Assembly (NCBI GenBank): GCA_965228195.1
Contig: OZ245797.1
Span: 158,718 to 222,717 of the forward strand
Reading direction: 5' to 3'
Length of the DNA stretch: 64,000 nucleotides
Source: Candidatus Cloacimonadales bacterium
Lineage (GTDB): Bacteria > Cloacimonadota > Cloacimonadia > G963667145
Made by a program: the position numbers and the translations under genes. Numbering within the stretch: the first letter of the stretch is position 1; the number at the start of each line of letters is the position of its first letter. The notes beneath the pieces were generated by a model. The model searched no databases. It worked only from the letters and a program-made list of their open reading frames with translations, and was not told the DNA's origin. Shown here piece by piece: positions 39,706 through 50,439 of this stretch.

Positions 39706-40602
39706 CTATCTTCTAAACAAATCGGTGGAGAGATACCTATCGCCGCGGTCGGTCAGCACGGTCACTATTGTCCCTTTTTCCAGCTTTTCTGCCAGTTGCA
39801 CAGCACCCAACACATTGGCTCCAGAACTCATCCCCACGAAAAGACCTTCCTGTTCAGCAAGGCGCCTGGTCATCGCAAAAGCTTCGTTGCAAAAAACATT
39901 TTTCACTTGGTCTAACTTGTCAATCTCGTAAATCTTCGGTTTCACCGACTCCACCATATTTTTCAAACCTTGCAAATCGTGCTTCAACTGTGGCTCTAGC
40001 CCCACTATCTTAATCTTTTGGTTTTTCTGCTTGAAAAAGCGACTACACCCCATCAAGGTGCCGGTAGAACCCATCCCAGCCACGAAGTAGTCCAGCTTGC
40101 CCTCCAGCTGCTCATAAATCTCGGGAGCTGTCCCCTCATAGTGCGACAAAGGGTTAGCGGGATTACTAAACTGGTCAGGATAAAAATACTTTTCGGGATT
40201 CTCTTGTAGCAGCTCTTGCACCCGCTCAATCGCACCATCGGTGCCTTTATCTTTGGCAGAGAGAACCACCTCCACCCCAAAACCTTCCAAAATCTGCACC
40301 CGCTCTTTGCTGACGGCACTACTCATCACGATCTTGCACTTGTAGCCTAGGTGCGCTGCCAACATCGCCAAAGCCAACCCTGTGTTGCCCGAGGTCGCCT
40401 CGATAATCGTCTTGTCTTTGTTCAGGCTCCCGTCTGCCTCTGCCTTGCGGATCATCATCGCCGCGGGCCTGTCTTTTATCGAGCCTCCGGGATTCATAAA
40501 CTCCAACTTGGCGTAGATCTTCACACCCCCATGCGGCTCGATCTTGGGCAAACGCAGAAGCGGGGTGTTACCGATGCAGTCCAATAAATTAGCCGGTCTC
40601 AT
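39706..40602 (-). CDS. cysK: cysteine synthase (O-acetylserine sulfhydrylase, CysK/CysM type)
   Basis: PLP motif 'GGSIKDRPAAMMI' (Lys), 'TSGNTGLALA', 'GMGSTGT'; 298 aa. Confidence 0.9.
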   Translation of the reverse strand: MRPANLLDCIGNTPLLRLPKIEPHGGVKIYAKLEFMNPGGSIKDRPAAMMIRKAEADGSLNKDKTIIEATSGNTGLALAMLAAHLGYKCKIVMSSAVSKERVQILEGFGVEVVLSAKDKGTDGAIERVQELLQENPEKYFYPDQFSNPANPLSHYEGTAPEIYEQLEGKLDYFVAGMGSTGTLMGCSRFFKQKNQKIKIVGLEPQLKHDLQGLKNMVESVKPKIYEIDKLDQVKNVFCNEAFAMTRRLAEQEGLFVGMSSGANVLGAVQLAEKLEKGTIVTVLTDRGDRYLSTDLFRR

Positions 40603-41005
40603 CTGGTTTATACCCTTTCAACCCTGCGAAGGTTTTGCCACTTTTTTGGCTATAGTCCCAAATCGCCGCTTTGATGGCGTCTTCTGCCAACACCGAGCAA
40701 TGCACCTTCTCGCTGGGTAGTCCACCCAAAGCTTCCAGCGCATCTTTGTTCTTGAAGCGCAAAGCCTCTTCCACGCTTTTGCCGATGATCATCGTCGAGG
40801 CTATCGAAGAAGAAGCCACCGCCGCACCACAGCCGTAAGTTTGGAACTTCAAATCGGTGATAATCTGGTTCTCGTCCACCTTGATATATATCTTCATCAC
40901 ATCGCCACACTGCGGACTGCCAATCTCGCCAATTCCGTCGGCGTCGTCTATCTTACCCACATTCCTAGGATTTTGGAAATGGTCCAAAACTTTATCTGAA
41001 TACAT
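40589..41005 (-). CDS. iscU: Fe-S cluster assembly scaffold IscU/NifU
   Basis: 'HFQNPRNVG...GSPQCGDVMKIYIKV' and 'GCGAAVASSS' supply the three conserved Cys ligands. Confidence 0.9.
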   Translation of the reverse strand: MYSDKVLDHFQNPRNVGKIDDADGIGEIGSPQCGDVMKIYIKVDENQIITDLKFQTYGCGAAVASSSIASTMIIGKSVEEALRFKNKDALEALGGLPSEKVHCSVLAEDAIKAAIWDYSQKSGKTFAGLKGYKPDETG

Positions 41006-41048
41006 CCTTTTCCTCCTTAAATTTTACCAATCTACCCTTTTAAAAAAA

Positions 41049-42203
41049 TCAATCGCACAACGGCGAGAGCACCCTTAACCTTTTTATGCTTTTCTTCAAA
41101 ACTTCTACCACTTGATCTACCTCAGCCAAGCTGTTGAAATGTCCCACAGACAAACGCAGTGAACCGTGCGAGATCATATCGGGGATGTTCATCGCCTCCA
41201 GCACATGCGATGCTCCCGCAGAACCGGTTGTGCAAGCCGAACCTGTCGAGGCGTAAATATCGGCGAAGTTCAAATCCAAGACGATCGCCTCTCCCTCTAC
41301 ATACTCGAAACAAAAACTGGCGATGCCGCTGTGCCTTTTTTGAGGATGCCCGGTCAAGTAAACAGAGTCTATCTCGCTGGTAATCCTCTGAATGAGCCTA
41401 CTGCTCATCTTTTGCAAACGGTTTTGGTGGGCAGCCAGATCTTTGCTCAAAAGCTCCACCGCCTTGGCAAAACCAACGATACCCGGGATATTCTCTGTGC
41501 CTGCTCGCTTACCTCGCTCTTGCGCTCCACCTTCTATAAAAGGCAAAAGATTCACCTTGCTCTCCACATAGAGCGCTCCCACCCCTTTTGGCCCGTAAAC
41601 CTTGTGAGCCGAAAAGCTTGCCAAATCTACACCCAACTCCTTCACATCTAGAGGCAAAACCCCTAAAGCCTGCACCGCATCTGTATGCAACAAAGCTCCC
41701 GCTTGGTGGGCGATCTTGGCGATCTTCTTTATGTCTTGGATAGTGCCTACCTCGTTGTTGACCATCATCACCGACACCAGCGTCGTTTGGTCGTTTATCG
41801 CATTTTCCAACTGCTGAAGATCCACCTGTCCATACTCGTCCACATCCAGATAAACCACCTCAAACCCTTCTTTCTCTAGGCTCTGAAACGAATGCAACAC
41901 GGCGTGATGTTCAATTTTTGTAGTTATCAAACGCTTACCACCAGAAGCCAACCGCCTTGCTACGCTCTTAATCGCCCAGTTGTCACTCTCGGTGCCACCA
42001 GAGGTGAAAAACAGCTCCTGAGACTCGGCTCCGATAAAATCGGCAATCACCCTGCGGGCGTCTGCCAAAAGCTTGCCAGCCTCAACCCCCGGCTTATAAT
42101 AGATACTAGAAGCGTTCCCAAAATCTTTCTCATAGCAAGGCAACATCGCCGCAACTACCTCCCTGCGCACCCGCGTGGTGGCAGAGTTATCCATATATAT
42201 CAT
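41049..42203 (-). CDS. iscS: cysteine desulfurase IscS/NifS
   Basis: Class V aminotransferase; 'SFSAHKVYGPKGVGALY' (PLP Lys) and 'SGSACTTGS' (catalytic Cys loop). Confidence 0.9.
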   Translation of the reverse strand: MIYMDNSATTRVRREVVAAMLPCYEKDFGNASSIYYKPGVEAGKLLADARRVIADFIGAESQELFFTSGGTESDNWAIKSVARRLASGGKRLITTKIEHHAVLHSFQSLEKEGFEVVYLDVDEYGQVDLQQLENAINDQTTLVSVMMVNNEVGTIQDIKKIAKIAHQAGALLHTDAVQALGVLPLDVKELGVDLASFSAHKVYGPKGVGALYVESKVNLLPFIEGGAQERGKRAGTENIPGIVGFAKAVELLSKDLAAHQNRLQKMSSRLIQRITSEIDSVYLTGHPQKRHSGIASFCFEYVEGEAIVLDLNFADIYASTGSACTTGSAGASHVLEAMNIPDMISHGSLRLSVGHFNSLAEVDQVVEVLKKSIKRLRVLSPLCD

Positions 42204-42216
42204 CTTCGTCTCCTTC

Positions 42217-42612
42217 TCAACCGTTTAATAAATCTTGCAAAGTAGTGGTGTCTATCACCTTCTTGATACTGGCATAAATCTTGGCAAAAGCTTTTTTACT
42301 CAAGCAGTCTGTCTGTTTGTCACAATGCTGAGTTGAGCCCAAACACTCGATGGGAAACATATCGTCTTCTAAAGACCGCAAGATCTCTCCCACCGTAATC
42401 TGCCCAGCGTCTCTTGCCAAACTATACCCACCGTATTTCCCCCGCTTGCTCTCCAAAATTCCCGATTTTTTCAGTTTGGCAGCCAGCTGCTCCAGATAGC
42501 TCAGGGAGATCTCTTGCTCTTTGGCAATCGTCTGCAAAGACAAAGGTTTTTGCGCCGCAGCGATGTGTGCCACAGCCCGCAAACCGTATCTGCTCTTCGT
42601 CGAAAAGTTCAT
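42217..42612 (-). CDS. Rrf2-family transcriptional regulator (IscR-like)
   Basis: 'STKSRYGLRAVAHIA' and 'LSYLEQLAAKLKKSGILESKRGKYGGYSLAR' form the Rrf2 wHTH. Three Cys 'C..C.....C' near the C-terminus may ligate a cluster. First gene of the isc-like operon. Confidence 0.8.
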   Translation of the reverse strand: MNFSTKSRYGLRAVAHIAAAQKPLSLQTIAKEQEISLSYLEQLAAKLKKSGILESKRGKYGGYSLARDAGQITVGEILRSLEDDMFPIECLGSTQHCDKQTDCLSKKAFAKIYASIKKVIDTTTLQDLLNG

Positions 42613-42753
42613 CCTGCCTCCTTGAACTTAAACCTTTATTTAACCATTTTTAATTCCCACTATTTTTGTCAAGTATAAACTTACTCTTTAATCAATAAAA
42701 AAAACCTTCTCTTTTTTATTAGAAAAGGTTTCTTAAGGGGTCTGTTTTTTACA

Positions 42754-43389
42754 TTAAAACCAGTGACGCACCTCTTTCCCTTCGTTGATGAAGATACTAC
42801 CTTGGGCGATGTTCGTCGCCAAATCGGCTATCCGCTCTAGGTTTTTGGAAAAGTTGTTGATCAAAAGAGCGTCTTCTACCTCCACCTTATCTTTTATCAG
42901 CTTCCGCAAAATCTCGTCTTTAAGCTCGTCAACTTCGTCGTCGTCTTGGCACACTTTCTTTGCCAACTGGCTATCTTCACCAAAAAAACTTTTCAGCGCC
43001 TGCTCATACATCTCTTGCACCTTGCTCAGCATCTGCACCATCTGTTCTTGTAAAATCTGTCTGCCGCTTATCTTTACAAACTTTTCGATTATCACGCGGT
43101 TGTTATCACACAAATCGCCTATCCGCTCAAGGTCTGTGTTTACCTTGCGGATCATCAACACCTCTCGTAAACTCTTGGCGTGTGGAGTGCGCAAAGCCAA
43201 AACATAAAAAGCCATCTTCTCCAGCCTCAAATCTGCCAAATTAACCTCTTGTTCCAACTCTGCCACCTTGGGCAACTGGCTACTATCACCAGATCTGTAA
43301 CTATCGGCAACAATTTCTACCATCTTTGCCACCCGCAGATTTTGTTTATGCAAACCTTTTTTAAGCTCTGCTATCTTCTTTTGAATCAT
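42754..43389 (-). CDS. phoU: phosphate transport system regulator PhoU
   Basis: Two PhoU repeats ('LERIGDLCDN', 'LERIADLATNIA'); 211 aa; last gene of the pst operon. Confidence 0.85.
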   Translation of the reverse strand: MIQKKIAELKKGLHKQNLRVAKMVEIVADSYRSGDSSQLPKVAELEQEVNLADLRLEKMAFYVLALRTPHAKSLREVLMIRKVNTDLERIGDLCDNNRVIIEKFVKISGRQILQEQMVQMLSKVQEMYEQALKSFFGEDSQLAKKVCQDDDEVDELKDEILRKLIKDKVEVEDALLINNFSKNLERIADLATNIAQGSIFINEGKEVRHWF

Positions 43390-43406
43390 CTCTACTCTCC
43401 TTCACT

Positions 43407-44159
43407 TTAGCCAAAATTGCCTTGCAAATAATCTTCGGTCATCTTCTGCTGAGGGTTGGTAAAAAGGTGCTTGGTCTTGCCAAACTCGACCATCTTGCCC
43501 AGATACATAAAGGCGGTGTTGTCCGAAATTCTGCCGGCTTGTCCGATGTTGTGGGTGACGATCAAGATCGTCATTTTTTGTTTCAATCGCAAACACAGCT
43601 CCTCTATCTTCAAGGTCGATTTGGGATCAAGAGCCGATGTGGGCTCGTCCAAAAGCAGCACCTTGGAGTCGTTGGCGATGGCCCTAGCGATACAAAGCCG
43701 CTGCTGCTGTCCACCCGATAACCTCAAGGCACTTTGCGACAACCTGTCTTTCACCTCGTCCCATATCCACGCCTGTTTTAAGGCTGACTCAACGATCTGG
43801 AGCAAATCTTTTTTGGGCAATCCTTTCAAACGCGGTCCATAGCTGATATTGTCAAAAATAGATTTGGGAAAAGGATTGGGACGCTGGAAAACCATACCCA
43901 CTCTAGATCGCAGCTGGTTCACATCGTAACCAGAAGCAAAAATGTCCTTTTTCTCTAAGCAAACAGAGCCTTTAACCCTTAAGACGGGCGACAAGTCGTT
44001 CATCCGATTAAATGTCCGCAAAAGCGTAGATTTGCCACAGCCAGAGGGTCCTATCAAGGCGGTGATTTGGTTGGTTGCCACCTTCAAGTTCACATCTTGC
44101 AAAACATGGTTATCGGCAAACCACAAGTTTAAATCTTTGGTTTCTATTATATTCATCAA
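43407..44159 (-). CDS. pstB: phosphate ABC transporter ATP-binding protein
   Basis: Walker A 'GPSGCGKST', signature 'LSGGQQQRLCIARA', Walker B 'LLLDEPTSALD'; 250 aa. Confidence 0.9.
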   Translation of the reverse strand: MMNIIETKDLNLWFADNHVLQDVNLKVATNQITALIGPSGCGKSTLLRTFNRMNDLSPVLRVKGSVCLEKKDIFASGYDVNQLRSRVGMVFQRPNPFPKSIFDNISYGPRLKGLPKKDLLQIVESALKQAWIWDEVKDRLSQSALRLSGGQQQRLCIARAIANDSKVLLLDEPTSALDPKSTLKIEELCLRLKQKMTILIVTHNIGQAGRISDNTAFMYLGKMVEFGKTKHLFTNPQQKMTEDYLQGNFG

Positions 44160-44182
44160 ATTCCTCTTTTTAAAAAAAATAA

Positions 44183-45031
44183 CTATCTGTTTTTCCTAAT
44201 CCGATAACGCACCACCACCGCCAGTGAGCTCACGCTCATCACCAAAACTAGCAAAAGCAAAGCCGAACCATAAGCGATGGGTATCTGATTTTTTGGGTGC
44301 ACCCCTTCGCTCACCAAAGCATAGATATGGTAAGGCAAAGCCATCACCTCCGAAAAAAGTCCCGTCGGCAAAAAGCGAGAATAAAAAGTGACCGCCGTGA
44401 ACATAATCGGAGCTGTCTCTCCTGCCACTCTGCCCATGCTGATGATCACCCCCGTTAAGATATTGGGCAAAGCCACCGGCAGTGCTACCCGCAAAATCGT
44501 CTGCGCCTTACTCGCCCCCAGTCCATAAGAGGCTTCCAGATAATCTTGAGGAAGTTTGGCAAAGGCGTGACAAGAGTTGGAGACGATCACCGGCAACACC
44601 AACACAGCTAGGGTGCAAGCACCAGCCAGCAAACAAACCCCCATACTCAAAAGCTTGACAAAGACCGTCAGCCCAAACAAGCCATAAACTATCGACGGCA
44701 CCCCTGCCAGTGTGTCCAAAGCTATCTGCACCGAACTCTTGAACAGTCCGGCTTTGGCATAAAACACCAAATAGATAGCGCTCATTATTGCCAAAGGCGT
44801 AGCTAAGGCGATAGATAGCAAAGTCAAAAGAAAGCTACCCAGCAAGGCGGGAAACACTCCGCCCTTGGTCATATTGTGCAAAGGCGCACTGGTCAAAAAC
44901 TCCCAAGAAAGCACCGCAGAGCCTCGCAAGATCACATCTGCCAAAAAAATAAACAAAAATAAACAGGTAAACCCAAGGCAAGCCAGTAAGAAAAAGTAGC
45001 CTAGCCTTTGCTTCATCTCACGCAGTCTCAT
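44183..45031 (-). CDS. pstA: phosphate ABC transporter permease PstA
   Basis: 282-aa six-TM permease with EAA loop 'ASYGLGASKAQTILRVALP'. Confidence 0.85.
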   Translation of the reverse strand: MRLREMKQRLGYFFLLACLGFTCLFLFIFLADVILRGSAVLSWEFLTSAPLHNMTKGGVFPALLGSFLLTLLSIALATPLAIMSAIYLVFYAKAGLFKSSVQIALDTLAGVPSIVYGLFGLTVFVKLLSMGVCLLAGACTLAVLVLPVIVSNSCHAFAKLPQDYLEASYGLGASKAQTILRVALPVALPNILTGVIISMGRVAGETAPIMFTAVTFYSRFLPTGLFSEVMALPYHIYALVSEGVHPKNQIPIAYGSALLLLVLVMSVSSLAVVVRYRIRKNR

Positions 45032-45894
45032 CTGGCTTCTCCTTTTTTGGACAGGTAGTTAGCTACCAGCACCAAACCAAAACAGATCGCAAATAGCACC
45101 ATACTAATGGCGAACAAAGCGTAGTAATGGACAGAGCCGATCACCGTCTCACCCATCTCAGCTGCCACCGTAGCCGGCATAGGTCGCACCGGACTAAATA
45201 TACTGGTAGGGATAATCACCGCTCCGCCTGCCAACATCACCACCACCATCGTCTCGCCCACGGCTCTACCCAACCCCAACACCAGCGACTTCATCACCCC
45301 AGCCTTGGCAGCGGGCAACACCACTCTCATAGTCGTCTCCCACTTGTTCGCCCCTAACCCCAAAGACGCCTCCCGCAGCGATACAGGCACCATCGACAAG
45401 GCGTCTTCGCTCACCGAGCAAATAATCGGCACCACCATCACCCCCAGTATCACCGCAGTGGTAAACATATTCAACCCGATAGAGGCGCCCAAATAGTTTT
45501 GCACCCACGGAGCCAACACCACCATCCCAAAAAGACCGTAAACTACCGATGGTATCCCTGCCAGCAGCTCGATAGTCGGCTTAACCACCTCCCTGAATCT
45601 GTCGCCTGCGAACTCCGACAAATAGACTCCCGCACCGACCCCTGTCGGCACTGCCACCATCATCGCCCCCAGAGTGACCACCCCTGAGCCGATAATGATC
45701 GCTCCGATGCCAAAGCTGGGCTCGCTGGCAGTGGGTTGCCACTCAGTGGAAAAGATAAAATCGCCTAGGCCGACAAATCGAAAAAGCTTGAGCCCTTCGC
45801 CAAAGATGGTAAACACGATCCCCAAAAGAACCAAAATCACACTCACAGCTGCCAGATAAACGCAAAGCTCAAAAATCTTCTCGCCTTTTTTCAT
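45028..45894 (-). CDS. pstC: phosphate ABC transporter permease PstC
   Basis: 288-aa permease; EAA loop 'REASLGLGANKWETTMRVVLP'; overlaps pstA by 4 nt. Confidence 0.85.
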   Translation of the reverse strand: MKKGEKIFELCVYLAAVSVILVLLGIVFTIFGEGLKLFRFVGLGDFIFSTEWQPTASEPSFGIGAIIIGSGVVTLGAMMVAVPTGVGAGVYLSEFAGDRFREVVKPTIELLAGIPSVVYGLFGMVVLAPWVQNYLGASIGLNMFTTAVILGVMVVPIICSVSEDALSMVPVSLREASLGLGANKWETTMRVVLPAAKAGVMKSLVLGLGRAVGETMVVVMLAGGAVIIPTSIFSPVRPMPATVAAEMGETVIGSVHYYALFAISMVLFAICFGLVLVANYLSKKGEAR

Positions 45895-45932
45895 AATCTT
45901 TTTCCTTATCGCTTTCTACACAACCGAGCAAC

Positions 45933-46742
45933 TCAGTTGATCTCCACAAACCCTTGCCCCGATACCACCTTTTGCCCTTCTTTCGATTTGACAAAATCTA
46001 GGTAAGTTTTTACCATCCCTTTTGGTTGCCCTGCGGTATACATCTGCAAAGAGCGTGAGATTGGGTACTCGCCAGATTTGATCACCTTCTTGCTGATACT
46101 CACGCCCTCCACTTTCAACACATTCACTTTAGATCTGATATAGCCATAACCAACATAGCCGATAGCCCCTTTGGTGCTTGCCACACTGCTCACCACCGCA
46201 TTGTTCGAGCCCAAATTCAGAGCCGTTGCCACTATCTTCTGCTTACGCATCACCCTCTTCTCAAAGGTCTCAAAAGTTCCCGAAGAGGCGTCTCTGCTTA
46301 TCACCACAATCTTCTTATCTTCTGCCCCCAACTCTTTCCAGTTGCTTATCTTACCGCTGTAAATATCTGCCAAATCGGACAAGCTTATCTGCCCGATAAG
46401 ATTAGATTTATCCACCACAACGGCAATGCCATCGAAAGCTACGATGTGCTTTACCAGCTGAACCCCTGCCGCTTGTGCCTTCTTTTGCTCTTTCTCTTTT
46501 GCCAATCTAGAGGCGCTACCAATATCCACGGTGCCCTGGATAACCCCGGCAATACCCACCGAAGAGCCTCCCCCACGAACACTCACATCCACATCTTGAT
46601 GCTCCTGCATAAAAGCCTCAGCCGTCGCCTGGGCTATGGGTAACACCGTGGTGGAACCTGCCATACTCACCTTCTTTATCTCAGGTTTGCAACCCAGCAA
46701 AGCGACCACCATCACACCAACTAAAATAAAAACTTTTCTCAT
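45933..46742 (-). CDS. pstS: phosphate ABC transporter substrate-binding protein PstS
   Basis: Lipoprotein-like signal 'LLGC', PBP fold with 'GSTTVLPI', 'RDASSGT'; 269 aa. Confidence 0.85.
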   Translation of the reverse strand: MRKVFILVGVMVVALLGCKPEIKKVSMAGSTTVLPIAQATAEAFMQEHQDVDVSVRGGGSSVGIAGVIQGTVDIGSASRLAKEKEQKKAQAAGVQLVKHIVAFDGIAVVVDKSNLIGQISLSDLADIYSGKISNWKELGAEDKKIVVISRDASSGTFETFEKRVMRKQKIVATALNLGSNNAVVSSVASTKGAIGYVGYGYIRSKVNVLKVEGVSISKKVIKSGEYPISRSLQMYTAGQPKGMVKTYLDFVKSKEGQKVVSGQGFVEIN

Positions 46743-46867
46743 CTTTTTTTTCTCCTTAAACTTTAACTCGTTTTTTTTATTAAAAAGCCAAAACTAATCT
46801 TCAGCCCTTTAACCTATTATACTCTGCCAAAGTTAAAATTTTATAAAGGTTATGTTAAGATTGTATT

Positions 46868-46917
46868 AAAAACAAAAAAAAACGGCTCAAGCCTAAACTT
46901 GAACCGTCTGTTTTATT
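46868..46917. terminator. candidate bidirectional intrinsic terminator between clpX end and pstS start
   Basis: Hairpin 'acggctcaagc ctaaa cttgaaccgt' (46882-46907) with an A-run 5' and a T-run 3'. It would serve the minus-strand tig-clpPX transcript. Confidence 0.5.
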
Positions 46918-46928
46918 AAAAAAAATTG

Positions 46929-48140
46929 CTAAAACTTATACTCCGGCTTACCACCATCGGTGATGACATCTTGCCCCACCACACACTTTTGCAATCCATC
47001 CATATCTGGCACCTCATACATAATATCCAGCATACTCTTCTCCATGATCGAGCGCAAACTGCGTGCCCCCAGCTTCTGGTTCATTGCCAACTCTGCCACC
47101 TTCTCCAAAGCGTCTTCGGTGATCTGCAAATCCACTCCCTCTAAGGCAAACAAAGCTTTATACTGGCGAACCAAAGCGTTTTTGGGAACAGTCAAGATGC
47201 TCTTCAGGGCAAGCTTGTCCAAACGCTCGAAAGTGGTCAACACCGGCAACCTGCCGATCATCTCGGGAATCAAACCGTAGTGCAAAATATCCTCGTAACT
47301 CACCTGATGCATCAGCTCTTTTTTTTGATCTTTGCTGATAATCGTCGAGTCAAAACCAATGCTTTTCTTGTTCACCCTTTGTTTAATCAGCTTCTCGATG
47401 CCGGCAAAAGCTCCGCCGACGATAAACAAGATATTGGTGGTGTCCATCTGGATGAAATCTTGGTTGGGATGCTTACGCCCACCTTTTGGCGGCACATTCA
47501 CACTCGTTCCTTCCAAAATCTTCAAGATGGCTTGTTGAACGCCTTCCCCCGACACATCTCTGGTGATGCTGGTGCTCTCCGATTTGCGGGCAATCTTGTC
47601 GATCTCGTCGATATAGATGATCCCTTTCTCGGCTTTCTTCACATCGTAATCGGCACTTTGCAAAAGACGAACCAAGATGTTCTCCACATCCTCACCCACA
47701 TAACCAGCCTCGGTCAGGGTGGTAGCATCGGCTATGGCAAAAGGCACCTTAAGCATCTTCGCCAAAGTTTGAGCGATGTAAGTTTTGCCACAACCTGTTG
47801 GGCCCATCATCAAGATGTTACTCTTCTCGATGGTCACCTCGTCTTTCTCCTGGGCTTTCCAGACTCGCTTGTAATGGTTGTAAACGGCAACGGCTATCGT
47901 CCGTTTGGGAGCGTCTTGTCCGATCACATACTCGTCCAGATACTCTTTTATCTTGGCTGGCGTAGGCAACTCCACCTCTTGCTCGACACTCTCTTCTGCC
48001 TGATACCTATCTTGAAATATATTGGCACAATGCTCAACACACTCGTTGCAAATCGCCACATTAGAAACCCTGATCAGCTCTCTGGTCTGGCTCTCTGGCT
48101 CTCCGCAAAAAGAGCATCTGCCGCGTTTGTATTCACTCAT
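46929..48140 (-). CDS. clpX: ATP-dependent Clp protease ATP-binding subunit ClpX
   Basis: N-terminal C4 zinc finger 'CSFCGE...CNEC' and AAA+ '[15 protein letters not shown]'; 403 aa. Confidence 0.95.
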   Translation of the reverse strand: MSEYKRGRCSFCGEPESQTRELIRVSNVAICNECVEHCANIFQDRYQAEESVEQEVELPTPAKIKEYLDEYVIGQDAPKRTIAVAVYNHYKRVWKAQEKDEVTIEKSNILMMGPTGCGKTYIAQTLAKMLKVPFAIADATTLTEAGYVGEDVENILVRLLQSADYDVKKAEKGIIYIDEIDKIARKSESTSITRDVSGEGVQQAILKILEGTSVNVPPKGGRKHPNQDFIQMDTTNILFIVGGAFAGIEKLIKQRVNKKSIGFDSTIISKDQKKELMHQVSYEDILHYGLIPEMIGRLPVLTTFERLDKLALKSILTVPKNALVRQYKALFALEGVDLQITEDALEKVAELAMNQKLGARSLRSIMEKSMLDIMYEVPDMDGLQKCVVGQDVITDGGKPEYKF

Positions 48141-48730
48141 TTCACTTGACTCCTGTCTTCTAACACCTTATCCAAAATTCCGTAACTTTTACTCTCTTGC
48201 GCCGACATAAAAAAGTCACGGTTGGTGTCTTTCTCTATCTTCTTCAAAGTTTTGCCGGTGTGATGGCTCAAGATCTTGTTCAAATTGTCTCTCACCTTCA
48301 GGATTTGGTTGGTGTGAATCTCGATATCGCTAGCTTGTCCTTGCATTCCACCCAAAGGCTGATGAATCATCACTCTGGCGTTCTTCAACGCAAACCGCTT
48401 ACCCTTGGCTCCACCTGCCAAAAGCACCGCTGCCATCGAACAAGCTTGCCCCAGACAAATAGTGGAAACTTTAGGGGTGATGAACTGCATCGTATCGTAA
48501 ATTGCTAGCCCCGCGGTCACCACACCACCGGGAGAGTTCAAATAGATGTAAATATCTTTGTGTGGATCTTCGCTCTCCAGATGCAGAAGCTGAGCGCAAA
48601 CCAAATTTGCCACATTGTCGTCGATCTGCGAGCCGATGAAGATTATCCTATCTTTAAGCAAGCGAGAAAAGATGTCGTAAGCCCTCTGGTCACGACCACT
48701 CTGCTCTACCACCATTGGCACAAAAGACAT
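48137..48730 (-). CDS. clpP: ATP-dependent Clp protease proteolytic subunit ClpP
   Basis: Catalytic triad context '[11 protein letters not shown]', 'MIHQPLGG', 'RDFFMSA'; 197 aa. Confidence 0.95.
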   Translation of the reverse strand: MSFVPMVVEQSGRDQRAYDIFSRLLKDRIIFIGSQIDDNVANLVCAQLLHLESEDPHKDIYIYLNSPGGVVTAGLAIYDTMQFITPKVSTICLGQACSMAAVLLAGGAKGKRFALKNARVMIHQPLGGMQGQASDIEIHTNQILKVRDNLNKILSHHTGKTLKKIEKDTNRDFFMSAQESKSYGILDKVLEDRSQVK

Positions 48731-50022
48731 TAGTTATCCTCTTTTTTCTGGGTCGCTTTAGCTTTAGGCTGGCTTTTGCCCGAAGTTGCCTCTGCTGCCG
48801 CCTCAGGACTGATAACGCTCATCTTCTTGACTATCTTGTCCACAATCTTGTTGTCCAAAGCAGGAGCAAAATATTTATCTTCGTCAGCCAAACTGTCTTT
48901 GTATTTATCTTGGTAATCCTCAAGGCTCATCTTCATCCCTTGGGCGTTGAGTAAGGTAAACTTCTCTTTTTCGTTATCGGTCAGCTTCACATCCATACTC
49001 TTGCGGAAAAAATCCAAAACATACATCTCACGCAGTTGAGACTCTGCCATATTCATAAACATCGGCATAACCCCAGAGATCTTCGACTTGTAAGCTTGCA
49101 TATAAGGTTGTGCCATCTGACGAGCATACTCTCTGACCAAATCTTGCGGAACTTCCAGATCGTTGACCTTCGCCAGTGCTGCTACCATCGCTTGTTTCTT
49201 AAGCACCTTGTTGTCCACATCCAACTTAGTTTTGAGATCTTTTTTTATCTCAGCCTTCATCGTCTTCAAATCATCAAATCCAGCATCTTTCGCCAGCTCA
49301 TCGTCAACTTTCGGCAAATTCAATCTTTTCACCGAGGTGATCTTCATCTCCACCTGTTTCATATCCGAGCCATCTTTCTCTTTGCTATAATCCATCTGCG
49401 TGGTCAGCTCATCACCCACTTTCACGCCCTTGAGCGCATCTTCAAACTCCTTGCCATAAGGGGTGCTACCATAGATAAAGTTGCGTTGAAACTCCTTGCC
49501 ACTAACCACAAACTTCATATCGGCATAAATCGTGTCGCCCTTCTTGGGAGCGGTCTTAATCTCCTCCAACTTGCCCATCTTGTAACACAGATTTTGCAGC
49601 TCGGCGTCCACCTCTTTGGCTCCCACCTTCTTCTGCTCAAAAACCATCTCCACACCGTCGTAGTCGATCTTATCGTAAACAGGAGCCACCTGATAAGAGT
49701 ATTTAATCTCCAAATCTTGAGAAGGCTTTTCTTGAATATCCAAAATATCACCAACTCCCACAGGCTTAATCTCTAGCTTCTCTACCACCGACTTATACTC
49801 TTTTGAGGCAAAATCTTCTCTAAACTGAGCGGTTATGCTCTGGCCATAGATCTTCTCCACCATAGTCAAAGGCGCTTTGCCCTTGCGGAAACCTTTGATA
49901 CTCACCATCTTGGCGTATTTGCGCAAAGATTTTTGATACTCTTTGTTTACCAACTCAGCCGCAAAAACGACTGTAGCTTCTCTCTTACATTTACTAATCT
50001 CTTTCAGTTGAATATCCATCAA
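48730..50022 (-). CDS. tig: trigger factor
   Basis: 430-aa ORF with a ribosome-binding N-domain, an FKBP-type PPIase middle domain and a C-terminal arm. Confidence 0.9.
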   Translation of the reverse strand: MMDIQLKEISKCKREATVVFAAELVNKEYQKSLRKYAKMVSIKGFRKGKAPLTMVEKIYGQSITAQFREDFASKEYKSVVEKLEIKPVGVGDILDIQEKPSQDLEIKYSYQVAPVYDKIDYDGVEMVFEQKKVGAKEVDAELQNLCYKMGKLEEIKTAPKKGDTIYADMKFVVSGKEFQRNFIYGSTPYGKEFEDALKGVKVGDELTTQMDYSKEKDGSDMKQVEMKITSVKRLNLPKVDDELAKDAGFDDLKTMKAEIKKDLKTKLDVDNKVLKKQAMVAALAKVNDLEVPQDLVREYARQMAQPYMQAYKSKISGVMPMFMNMAESQLREMYVLDFFRKSMDVKLTDNEKEKFTLLNAQGMKMSLEDYQDKYKDSLADEDKYFAPALDNKIVDKIVKKMSVISPEAAAEATSGKSQPKAKATQKKEDN

Positions 50023-50273
50023 AACTCCTACTCTTTGAGTCTAAAAAATCACAAAAAAAAATCTTTCTTCAGAAAAACAGTTTGAAGAACGACCAATTAC
50101 TTAACATTTCTCGAGCCAAATAAGACTCTACATTACATCTTGCAAACTACAACCAACCAAAAAAAGAGTGCCAAGCTGTCAAACAATTTGTTATCTAGCC
50201 AATTCACTCTTTATCTTTCTTGATTTTCGGGTTGATCGTAATCGGTTATCCATTTTTTCCCTCAAGAAAAAAA

Positions 50274-50359
50274 TGGTGCGAGAGGGGGGACTTGAACCCC
50301 CAAGAGCAGAGCTCGCTGGATTCTAAGTCCAGTGCGTTTACCAATTTCACCACTCTCGC
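50274..50359 (-). tRNA. tRNA-Leu (anticodon TAG)
   Basis: The reverse complement 'gcgagagtggtgaaattggtaaacgcactggaCTTAGAAtccag...' has a long variable arm (class II), T-arm 'ggggttcaagtcccc' and encoded CCA. Confidence 0.85.
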
Positions 50360-50439
50360 TTTTGGAAAAAGCAGTAGCCTCTTTGCAAAAAGAAAAAACC
50401 ACCACTGCGCCCACAATTTAAAAACTGCCTTGGCTGTCA

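Noticed and set aside
50274-50359. Island integrated at the tRNA-Leu 3' end by a tyrosine integrase
   Set aside because: The island lies on the 5' side of tRNA-Leu. No integrase gene or tRNA 3'-end direct repeat is present. The boundaries are ~625-bp family repeats instead.
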